Source: Acidobacteriota bacterium
GTDB lineage: Bacteria > Acidobacteriota > UBA890 > WLXD01
DNA: 64,000 bases
Assembly: GCA_012103255.1 (NCBI GenBank)
Contig: WLXD01000003.1
Coordinates: 14,576-78,575 of the forward strand
Reading direction: 5' to 3'
The position numbers and the translations under genes are program-made. Shown in pieces: positions 28,356-36,542 of this stretch. The notes below the pieces were generated by a model that made no database searches, was not told where the DNA came from, and saw only the letters and a program-made list of their open reading frames with translations. Each line of letters starts with the position of its first letter. Within the stretch, counting starts at the first letter, position 1.

Positions 28356-29546
28356 GTGAAGAAACTGGCGACCATCGCTGCATACTCACTGCTGACGGCT
28401 GCCTGCGCCGACGCGCCCATAGAGCCGCGCGCGTGGGAATTCGACGTCCCCCCCGGCCTGCCAACACACGTCTATCCGCCAATCAGCGCCGAACAACGTG
28501 CCGACAGCCGAATCGAACTGGTGGAGGACCTGGTCATTGGCAGCGACGACGATCCGAATGCCCTGTTCGGATACATCTCGTCCGTGACAGTCGATCCCGC
28601 CGGCCGGATCTATGTGCCGGATCCGACCAACCATCGCGTACAGATCTTCGGAATCGATGGCAATTTCCTTGCAAGCGTGGGTGGTGAAGGCGAAGGGCCG
28701 GGCGAGATGGACGGCCCCCGGACGGCAGTGGCAACGAAAGATCATCTCTACGTGGCTTCCAGCGGAAAGATCACGGTGTGGTCAACGGAGAGCTTCGAAC
28801 TCGTCGACGAGATCAAGCCCACTGCACGGATATTCGGGGTCCTCGGGCTGCGTAGCACCGAGTTCCTCGTCGCGACCGGTGGGGAATTCGAGGTCGGTGA
28901 CGATGGCCTGCCTCGTCAACGTTCGGTGACGTCGCTCCTCGACCTCGCAGGAGAGTCAACACCCATCGTCTCTTTCGACCTCAGTAACGAACCCGATGCG
29001 CGGTTCCCAGGCGGCGGTGAGATGCACCTGGCGATCAGCCCCAGGGCCCGCCCCCAGGTCGCCGTCTCGCAGAGTGGTGCGGTGTACTACTCGCTGTCCA
29101 ACGAGTCGCAGATCATGGCGCTTTCCGACCGCGATGCTCCGCTGTGGGCAGCTCAGGTAGCGGAAGCTCCTCGTGAGTTCAACGACACGGCTGTCAGATC
29201 GTGGGCCGATCTTCTCCTGCAAACCGCTCCCAATATCGGTGATCAGTTGGAACCGAATCCTCCGCCTCGCTTGGCGGCAGTTGCCGAACTTCGAGTGGAT
29301 GGACACGACCGCTTGCACGTCTATGGGTTTACCCCGCCCTGGGACGACGACGGTCGAGGCCGTGACGTCGACATCTACAACGCTTCCGGTGCGCGAGTTC
29401 TGTCCGGCCGCGCGCCGCGCCATAGCTGGAGTGTGGGGCTCGGTGACTTCGTCTACGGAGTCGGTACGGACCCGGTGACCGAGGAGTACCGCGTCTATCG
29501 CTGGCGTCTGGTACTCCCGGGCGAACGGAATGATCGCGACTCGTGA
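28356..29546 (+). CDS. six-bladed beta-propeller lipoprotein, paralog 5 of 5
   Basis: GTG start. MKKLATIAAYSLLTAAC lipobox. Blade ISSVTVDPAGRIYVPDPTNHRVQIFGIDGNF, GEGPGEM motif, C-terminal ...YRVYRWRLVLPGERN. Confidence 0.75.
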   Translation: MKKLATIAAYSLLTAACADAPIEPRAWEFDVPPGLPTHVYPPISAEQRADSRIELVEDLVIGSDDDPNALFGYISSVTVDPAGRIYVPDPTNHRVQIFGIDGNFLASVGGEGEGPGEMDGPRTAVATKDHLYVASSGKITVWSTESFELVDEIKPTARIFGVLGLRSTEFLVATGGEFEVGDDGLPRQRSVTSLLDLAGESTPIVSFDLSNEPDARFPGGGEMHLAISPRARPQVAVSQSGAVYYSLSNESQIMALSDRDAPLWAAQVAEAPREFNDTAVRSWADLLLQTAPNIGDQLEPNPPPRLAAVAELRVDGHDRLHVYGFTPPWDDDGRGRDVDIYNASGARVLSGRAPRHSWSVGLGDFVYGVGTDPVTEEYRVYRWRLVLPGERNDRDS

Positions 29547-29613
29547 CCGCAGCCGGCCAACGCCACAACGAGAACGGCGGCGTAGGCGTGGTAGGTCAGC
29601 TATTCTTCGAGGC

Positions 29614-30000
29614 ATGAATCTCGGGGGCCTATTGACACTGCTGGCATGCGGGCTGGCGCTGATTGCGAGCGTGGCTGGCCCTGCTCTGCCTCAGACTCCA
29701 ACGATCGAAATCGTGGCGCCAACCGAGGACGCGAACGTGGCCGGGCCGGATCTTCGGGTTCAGGTGACTGCCGAGGGTGTGGAACTCGGCAGCCGTGGCC
29801 GCAATGGCGCGCACTTGTTGTTGAGTCTCGACGAGATGCCTGCGATGAAGAGTTACGGCGAGAGGTTCACGTTCCGAGGCGTGGCTGATGGTGAACACAC
29901 GCTCACGGTGGAGTTGCGCCGTCCGGATGGTGCTGCGTTCGAACCGGCGATCACCGCCGAAGTCTCCTTCACTACGCAGACGTCTCGAGTTCCGCGGTGA
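29614..30000 (+). CDS. small exported protein, DUF4399-like
   Basis: ATG at 29614 gives the signal MNLGGLLTLLACGLALIASVAG. IEIVAPTEDANVAG...GAHLLLSLDEMP...GEHTLTVEL resembles the DUF4399 pattern. Confidence 0.45.
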   Translation: MNLGGLLTLLACGLALIASVAGPALPQTPTIEIVAPTEDANVAGPDLRVQVTAEGVELGSRGRNGAHLLLSLDEMPAMKSYGERFTFRGVADGEHTLTVELRRPDGAAFEPAITAEVSFTTQTSRVPR

Positions 30001-30698
30001 CGGAGCCTCCGGAACCACAGCGCGACCTACGCCGACGCGACTACGCGACGCTCAGCGAATCCGACCTTAGTGCGTCCGCTCCAGGCGAGGACTTGCTTCC
30101 TAACCGCCCCTACCCCTCGAACCTGATCTGGCGCATGACGAAGGCACTCGATCCGGAGCGTGCGCCGGGGCGGATCCTGGACCTTGGCCCCACAACCAAC
30201 GCAAACATCCAGTTCTGGGCGGAACAGGGGTTCGATGTCACCTGCCATGACCTCTTCGCGCATGAGTCGCGCCGGGTCGACGGCGCCGAGATCTCACCAC
30301 TGACTCTTGCGAACGACACGATTCGCAAACTGCGGCTTCCGTTCGACGGCGAGTCGTTCACGGCCGTTTGCGCCTGGAACATCCTCGCGAAATTGCCCTT
30401 CGTGCTCGCGCAGCAGTACGCCTGCGAATGCCACCGCGTGCTGGCGCCCTCGGGCCTGCTGCACGCGATCTTCCTCGACGTTGATGGCAGACCCGACACG
30501 CGTCGGCAGTTCCACATGGAAGATCGCCAGACACTCCACGTGAATTCCGTGGCAGTGCCACGACCACTTCCGTCGAGCTGGATCGACGCGGAGATCCGTC
30601 TCCTGCTGTCGCGCTTCGGCGCCTGCGAGATCCAGGGAGGCCCGGTGCATACCAGGGAAGCACTCGCGCAACGCGAGCCGATCGGCATCCCGGCCTGA
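29997..30698 (+). CDS. class I SAM-dependent methyltransferase
   Basis: GTGA overlap with the upstream stop. Motif I ILDLGPTTNANIQFWAEQGFDVTCHD. Post-I and motif II region FTAVCAWNIL. Confidence 0.6.
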   Translation: MTEPPEPQRDLRRRDYATLSESDLSASAPGEDLLPNRPYPSNLIWRMTKALDPERAPGRILDLGPTTNANIQFWAEQGFDVTCHDLFAHESRRVDGAEISPLTLANDTIRKLRLPFDGESFTAVCAWNILAKLPFVLAQQYACECHRVLAPSGLLHAIFLDVDGRPDTRRQFHMEDRQTLHVNSVAVPRPLPSSWIDAEIRLLLSRFGACEIQGGPVHTREALAQREPIGIPA

Positions 30699-30718
30699 TC
30701 GGGCAGTCCGCGGCGACT

Positions 30719-31604
30719 CTAGCCCCGCAGCAGAGCCCTCATCACGAACACGGCATTCGCCGGCCGCTCGGCGATGCGTCGCATGAAGTACGGACACCAC
30801 TCTGCGCCGAAGGGCACATAGATCTTCACGTTGTAGCCCGCAGCAGCGATCTCGCGCTGATACTCGCGCCGCACGCCGTACAGCATCTGGAATTCGAACC
30901 GGTCACGGTCGATCCCATTGCGTTCCACGATCGTCGTGCGTCGCGAACGCGGGATAGTGCCCTTCCTGCAAAAGAAGTTCTGCGAGCTCGCGATAGTTGC
31001 GATCAACGTCTTCCTTGGCCTGGTAGGCCACGCTCTCGGGCTCCTTGTAGGCGCCCTTGCAGAGCCGTAGCTGAGCGCCGATCGAGTTGAGTTCGCGCAC
31101 GTCTGCGGCGGTCCGATGGAGGTAGGTCTGAACAACCACGCCGAGGTTGTCGTACTGCGCCCGGAGTGCCTTGAACACGTCCAGGGTCGCGGTGGTCGTC
31201 GGACTGTCCTCCATATCGATGCGAACGAAGTTCCCTGCTTCTTTCGCGGCGGCCACTATCCGTCCGATGTTCTGTTCCGCCAACTCGGTGCCGATCGAAA
31301 GTCCGAGTTGCGTGGGCTTGAGCGAAACGGACGCTACGTTGTCGCAGCGGCCCAGCTCTTCAACGATCGCGCAGTAGGTGTCGGTTGCTACGCGGGTGGC
31401 ATCGACATCGGAGACGCTCTCGCCCAGATAGTCGAGCGTGACGGCCATGCCTTCGTCGCGCAGTTCTTGGATCGACGGCCAGACATCATCGATCGCCTCG
31501 CCGGCGATGAAACGCTGCGCAAAACCCCATCGCATCCCGTAGCGGCTGACCCACGCGGTGAACGTGGGACTATCCGCAAGCGCGTAGACGGCACGCTTGA
31601 GCAC
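30719..31604 (-). pseudogene. proline dehydrogenase, reading frame interrupted (+1) near 30930
   Basis: Frame A (30903..31604) carries the ProDH N-terminal and middle parts up to ...GHYPAFATHDD. Frame B (30719..~30932) continues IVERNGIDRDRFEFQMLYGVRREYQREIAAAGYNVKIYVPFGAEWCPYFMRRIAERPANAVFVMR, the canonical ProDH C-terminus. Confidence 0.75.
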
Positions 31605-31690
31605 TCGCGACTCCTGCTGGTGAACGATGGTCGGCGGTCGCGGAATTTACCACGCGCGCCGCACGTCCGACGGCGCCTCGAGCTAGCGCG

Positions 31691-32791
31691 TCAGGGGCGC
31701 TCGATCGAAACGTTGTCGCGATAGACCGTTCGGTAGCCCAGCAGTTGATCGAGCAGCAGGATTTCGAGGTTGTACGTACCGGCTGGCGCCGCGAACGTCA
31801 GTTTCCGGGTGACCGTCTCCTCCAGCCGGGAGTTCATGTCGGCCTGCGGAACCTCGATGCGGACGCGCTCGGACACCGTACCCGCAATGTCGTCTTCGTC
31901 CATGAGCTGCACGTCGACCACCATGTCGGTGACGAACTGTTCGTCCACAAGATGGAAGATCAGCGCGCCGAGCCTCCATGTGAAATCGATCGTCACCTCG
32001 ACCTGTTCACCCGGCGCCGAGTCGGTGTTCACGGTCCAGGCGAACGGAATCTGCGCATCCGGGAGTTGAACTGCCGTATCGACGCGGTCGCGGATGGTGT
32101 CGTAGTCGACCGGATTGATCAGCGAGTCTTCGATCGCCTCGTTGACGGACATCTGATAGTCGGCCGGAATCGCTGGTCCGACGTTCGATTGTCGCTCTCC
32201 CGCTCTGATCGACTCCGGCACACCAGTTGGGCCAGACGGGTACGGCGGCATCAGTTTCCAACGTCCGGCGCGGAATACGAACAGCAGGTCCTCGTTCGGC
32301 TCCATCCCGGGCAGTTGATCGTCATAAGACCAGAGAATCGCAGGCCGATCGGAGAAGCCCTCAGGGAGGCCCATTTCACGACGCGTGCGGGCGGGCTCGC
32401 CAAACAGCAGCACCACCTGGCCGAATACCGTTTCCCAACCGGAACTACGGTCGCTACCGAACTCATCTTCGGCATAGCCGAGGCGCGCCTCGAATTCGTC
32501 GAGGAACTCGTTGCGGGGCCCGCGGAATTGAGTATCGCGGCGCTCCCAGAACAGGCGAATGAACTGGAGGCGTTGACGGGCAGAATCGAAATCGCCGTAC
32601 AGCGACTTCTCGTCTTCGGTGGCGATGAGCGACACCGGACCATCCATCCATCGTTCGGTCCAAGCCGAGATGGACTCGCCCTCCGCCGGGCCCGAGAGCC
32701 CCTGTGCCGAAACTTCGGCGGTGGGCAACGTGAGCACCGCGGCAAACCCTGCCACCGTTACTGCTCTAGCCGAGGTCCGTAGCATCCGCAT
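31691..32791 (-). CDS. GWxTD domain-containing exported protein
   Basis: Signal MRMLRTSARAVTVAGFAAVLTLPTAEVSAQG. FIRLFWERRDTQ and SSGWETVFGQVVLLFGEP match the GWxTD-domain pattern. Confidence 0.6.
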   Translation of the reverse strand: MRMLRTSARAVTVAGFAAVLTLPTAEVSAQGLSGPAEGESISAWTERWMDGPVSLIATEDEKSLYGDFDSARQRLQFIRLFWERRDTQFRGPRNEFLDEFEARLGYAEDEFGSDRSSGWETVFGQVVLLFGEPARTRREMGLPEGFSDRPAILWSYDDQLPGMEPNEDLLFVFRAGRWKLMPPYPSGPTGVPESIRAGERQSNVGPAIPADYQMSVNEAIEDSLINPVDYDTIRDRVDTAVQLPDAQIPFAWTVNTDSAPGEQVEVTIDFTWRLGALIFHLVDEQFVTDMVVDVQLMDEDDIAGTVSERVRIEVPQADMNSRLEETVTRKLTFAAPAGTYNLEILLLDQLLGYRTVYRDNVSIERP

Positions 32792-34850
32792 CTGCCGCCT
32801 CCATCTCTTCAGCTGTCAGCACCCTGACCACCACTGCCGTGGTGTCGTCGTGCAGCGGTTCGCCATCCACGAAGACATTTACCGCGTCGAAGATTGCCTC
32901 AAGAACAGTCTTGGCCGACCGTCCGCGGTGCGCAAGGACGACTTCCCCCAAACGTGATGTACCGAACATCTCATCCTCCGGGTTCGTCGCCTCGACGACA
33001 CCGTCTGAATAAAGGATTAGCACGTCGCCGGGGTCGAGATCACGTTCGACGAAGGGGCCTGGCGGCACGGGGAGCAATCCGAGGGGTATTCCAGTCGACT
33101 CGAGTTCCTCGATCGCGCCGGACGATGCTCGATAGTGGAGCGGGTAGTGGTGGCCGGCGTTCGAGAACACGAGCTTGCCGCGTTCGAGGTCAAGCTCAGC
33201 GAAAACCAGCGTCATGAACTGGTTGTCAGCCGACATGTGGTGCAGCGTCCGGCTAAGCCGCTCCATGAGGACGGTCGGCGGGTTCTCCGACTGCGACTGG
33301 GTGTGAATTGCGCTCTTGGCAGTCGCCATCAGCAAGCCGGCCGGCATACCGTGCCCCGCCACGTCGCCCACGACGATGGCCGGATTGCCGTTCGTCAGCG
33401 TCAGATAGTCGTAGTAGTCGCCGCCGACCTCCGTGGCCGGGTCGGAGTAGGCGGCTACATCGAGTTCCGCCACCGCCGGCGGCTCCTTGGGCAGCAAGTT
33501 CAGCTGCAGTTCGCGGGCGATCTCAAGTTCCTTCTTGCGCCGCTCCGCCTCGACGGTATCGCGCAACAGCCGCGCGTGGTCCAGAGCCAACGCGACCTGG
33601 TTCGCGAAGCCGCGGAGGCTTCGAACCTCGGAGGAGTCAAAGGCGTGCGTCTCGAACCGGCCGGCGATCAGCACGGCGCGGAGCACATCATCCTGGGTGA
33701 TCACGGGCACAACAACCGAGCTGCCCGCCGCTGGCTCCCACACCTTGGCGAGCGCCGCCGGCGGCGCCTTGCGGTGATCGACGACCACAACCGGACGGCG
33801 ATCCGCAAACCTGTCCCGGAGGCCCTTCCACGGAGTTCGCGCCCCGTACCGATAGACGTGCTCGATGTCGCCTTGCGCACGCAGGAGCACGCACCGCATG
33901 CCCCGTCCGCGTGCATCCGGCTCAACCATCAAAGCGACATCAGGCTCCGCAACCCGAAGCATCGCCTCGAGGACGGCTGATTGCAGTTGCTCGTGGTCGA
34001 ATGCCGTTCCGGCGGCGAGCCCAAAGTCATAAACAGCATCGAGCTCGCGGAGCTTCCGCTCAAAGGCGCTAGCACCCGGCAATGCCATGACCGAACGAAT
34101 CAACACGACAACGCAGAACGAAAATACGAGCGCCGCACCAAGTTCTACAAACTCGGCGAGCAGATGCTGGTGCGACTCTCCCGAGAGCCCAACGATGCCG
34201 GCCCAAGCCGCGGCGAGCGGCGCCAGGGCCGCGACCATGCCGGCCAGCGAGGCCACACGCGAGCGCACCTCCATCCGAACGAGCCACTCGAGCGGCACCA
34301 AGAATCCGAGCAGCACGAGTCCCGAGTTGAGGATGATTGTCGCCGGCGGACCCGTCACAAAGCCGATAACCGCGGAGTCACTCAGCACATGCGAGCCGAA
34401 CGTACGCACGGCGACCGTGAACGCGAACCCGGCGGCCAGCAACACAGAGAACCAGCGGACCACGCGCACGCGGCCGAGCAGGGCGAAATCGACGGAAGTC
34501 GCCAGAAGCACGAGCACCGCGGCGGCCGCGGCGGACAACTGCACCCCGAGCAGGAAAGTCGCGATCCCGGCTGGCGGAGCGATTGCCTGTACCAGGAGGT
34601 CGTACAGCAGGCTTAGTAGGAGCACGGCCGCGGCCATGCCTCCGACCTGGAGCTTGGGCGGAACCTCAGGGCTCCAGCGGCTCTCGAAGCTTCCATACCA
34701 GGCACCCGCCGCAGCGAGCATCAGAATCGCGGCGGCAAACGACGGCAAATCCGATCCGTCGAATCGGGGCAATGACGTCACACCCACGGCCAAGGCGGTC
34801 AGGCCGAGGGGCAATATCCAGCGCGGCTGAGTCAGGCCCAGTGCTCTCAC
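32766..34850 (-). CDS. membrane-bound GAF + PP2C (SpoIIE/RsbU-type) serine phosphatase
   Basis: About 8-10 N-terminal TMs, a GAF-like middle part, and PP2C motifs VGGDYYDY, VVGDVAGHGMPAGLLMA, LYSDGVVEA, DDTTAVVVRV. Confidence 0.8.
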   Translation of the reverse strand: MRALGLTQPRWILPLGLTALAVGVTSLPRFDGSDLPSFAAAILMLAAAGAWYGSFESRWSPEVPPKLQVGGMAAAVLLLSLLYDLLVQAIAPPAGIATFLLGVQLSAAAAAVLVLLATSVDFALLGRVRVVRWFSVLLAAGFAFTVAVRTFGSHVLSDSAVIGFVTGPPATIILNSGLVLLGFLVPLEWLVRMEVRSRVASLAGMVAALAPLAAAWAGIVGLSGESHQHLLAEFVELGAALVFSFCVVVLIRSVMALPGASAFERKLRELDAVYDFGLAAGTAFDHEQLQSAVLEAMLRVAEPDVALMVEPDARGRGMRCVLLRAQGDIEHVYRYGARTPWKGLRDRFADRRPVVVVDHRKAPPAALAKVWEPAAGSSVVVPVITQDDVLRAVLIAGRFETHAFDSSEVRSLRGFANQVALALDHARLLRDTVEAERRKKELEIARELQLNLLPKEPPAVAELDVAAYSDPATEVGGDYYDYLTLTNGNPAIVVGDVAGHGMPAGLLMATAKSAIHTQSQSENPPTVLMERLSRTLHHMSADNQFMTLVFAELDLERGKLVFSNAGHHYPLHYRASSGAIEELESTGIPLGLLPVPPGPFVERDLDPGDVLILYSDGVVEATNPEDEMFGTSRLGEVVLAHRGRSAKTVLEAIFDAVNVFVDGEPLHDDTTAVVVRVLTAEEMEAADADATDLG

Positions 34851-34981
34851 AGATGCAACTCTACCAACGGTTTGCTAGCATCGTTTCGCCGGCCCATATC
34901 CGGGCATATTGACGTGCTGAATTTGGTGCGCGATCGCGGCAGGTAATCGTACTCCTACCACCGACAGTGGAAGAACGTCTG

Positions 34982-35770
34982 ATGATCGAAGTCGACCGTC
35001 TGACCAAATTCTACGGCAACCACGCGGCAATACGGGACGTGAGCTTCAGCGCCGAGCCGGGACAGATCCTGGGAGTCCTGGGACCCAACGGCGCGGGCAA
35101 GACCACGACCATGCGTATTCTCACCGGCTACATGCCTGCCTCCAGTGGCACGGCGCGCGTAGCTGGGTTTGACGTCTTCGAGCAATCGCTCGATGTACGG
35201 CGCCGTGTTGGGTACCTGCCGGAGACCCCTCCCCTCTACGCGGAGATGACGCCCACCTCGTATCTGGACTTCGTAGCTCGCATCAAAGGTGTGAGCCGCG
35301 GCGACCGGCCGGGCGCTATCGAGCGGGCGCTTCACGCGACCGCCACCGACGACGTGGCGCATCAGCCGCTGGGCACGCTCTCGCGCGGCTACAAGCAGCG
35401 GGTGGCGATCGCGCAGGCGATTGTGCACGACCCGGAGGTGATCGTTCTGGACGAACCCACCATCGGACTCGATCCCAAGCAGGTCATCGGTATCCGCAAG
35501 CTCATCAAGGGGTTGTCCAGCGACCGTACGGTGATTCTCTCGACTCATATCCTTCCCGAGGTGACGCAGCTGTGCGACAAGGTCGTAATCATCTCCCGCG
35601 GCGAGATCGTCGCCGAGGATACGACCGATTCGCTAACCGCCACCGAGGATCTCGAGCAGGTATTCCTCCGGGTGACCACGTCCGACGTCGTTGCAGACGA
35701 AGAGGCCGTGGCTGAATCCACCCACGCCGAGCCCGACGATGCAACGGCCGACGCGGGAGAAGAAGAATGA
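34982..35770 (+). CDS. ABC transporter ATP-binding protein (gldA-like)
   Basis: MIEVDRLTKFYG, Walker A GPNGAGKTTT, signature LSRGYKQRVAIAQA, Walker B VIVLDEPTIGLD. The GTG at 34967 is an alternative start. Confidence 0.85.
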   Translation: MIEVDRLTKFYGNHAAIRDVSFSAEPGQILGVLGPNGAGKTTTMRILTGYMPASSGTARVAGFDVFEQSLDVRRRVGYLPETPPLYAEMTPTSYLDFVARIKGVSRGDRPGAIERALHATATDDVAHQPLGTLSRGYKQRVAIAQAIVHDPEVIVLDEPTIGLDPKQVIGIRKLIKGLSSDRTVILSTHILPEVTQLCDKVVIISRGEIVAEDTTDSLTATEDLEQVFLRVTTSDVVADEEAVAESTHAEPDDATADAGEEE

Positions 35771-36540
35771 ACAACGTCTGGGCCATCGCAACGAAAGAGT
35801 TGCGTTCCTACTTCCTGTCGCCGATCGCGTACGTCGTGCTGTCGGGCTTCTTGCTGATCATGGGCTTCATGTTCTGGAACATGCTCGCTCAGTTCTCTCG
35901 GTTCGTAGCGATCTACTCGTCCATGCAGCAGCCGGGAATGCTCGAGCAGCTGAGTCTCAACGACATGGTGGTGATGCCGCTGCTGGGCAACATGACGGTC
36001 GTCTTCATCCTGATGATGCCGCTGCTGACCATGCGGCTCTTCGCGGAAGAGCGAGCGTCGGGCACCGACGAACTGCTACTCACCTCGCCGATCAGCACCC
36101 TCGAGATCGCCTTCGGCAAGTTCTTCGGCGCCACGCTGTTCCTCTGCGTGCTTCTCGGACTGGCCTTCGCCTACCCAGCGATCCTCATGTACTTCGGAAA
36201 TCCAGAGATCGCACCGATCCTGACGGGTTACCTGGCACTCCTTCTGCTGGGAATGTCGGCGATCGCTCTCGGTTTATTCGCCTCGACGGTGACGGACAGT
36301 CAGATCGTCGCGGGCGTGCTAGCTGGCGGCATGCTGCTCATGCTGCTGCTGATCAACTGGCCGGCTGACGCAGTGGGTGAGTCGATGGGGGCGGTTCTTC
36401 GCTACCTGTCGATTACCGAACACTCGACGGACATGATGCGCGGGCTGATCAAGGTCGAAGACGTCGTTTACTACCTGAGCCTGATCAGCGTCGGGATCTT
36501 CCTGTCGCAGCGCTCCCTCGAATCGCTGCGCTGGAGGTAG
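35767..36540 (+). CDS. ABC-2 type permease (gldF-like)
   Basis: ATGA overlap with the ATPase gene. Six predicted TMs. N-terminal MNNVWAIATKELRSYFLSPIAYVVL is typical of the family. Confidence 0.75.
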   Translation: MNNVWAIATKELRSYFLSPIAYVVLSGFLLIMGFMFWNMLAQFSRFVAIYSSMQQPGMLEQLSLNDMVVMPLLGNMTVVFILMMPLLTMRLFAEERASGTDELLLTSPISTLEIAFGKFFGATLFLCVLLGLAFAYPAILMYFGNPEIAPILTGYLALLLLGMSAIALGLFASTVTDSQIVAGVLAGGMLLMLLLINWPADAVGESMGAVLRYLSITEHSTDMMRGLIKVEDVVYYLSLISVGIFLSQRSLESLRWR

Positions 36541-36542
36541 AC

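Noticed and set aside
31745-34830. Plus-strand ORFs 31745..32782, 33135..33980, 33981..34616 and 34087..34830
   Set aside because: They lie opposite the GWxTD and SpoIIE-type phosphatase genes, which have clear motifs. Their translations are low-complexity and Arg-rich.
34851-34966. TTGACG hexamer as a possible -35 box upstream of the gldA-like operon
   Set aside because: There is no acceptable -10 element at 16-18 nt spacing, and the promoter consensus for this lineage is unknown.
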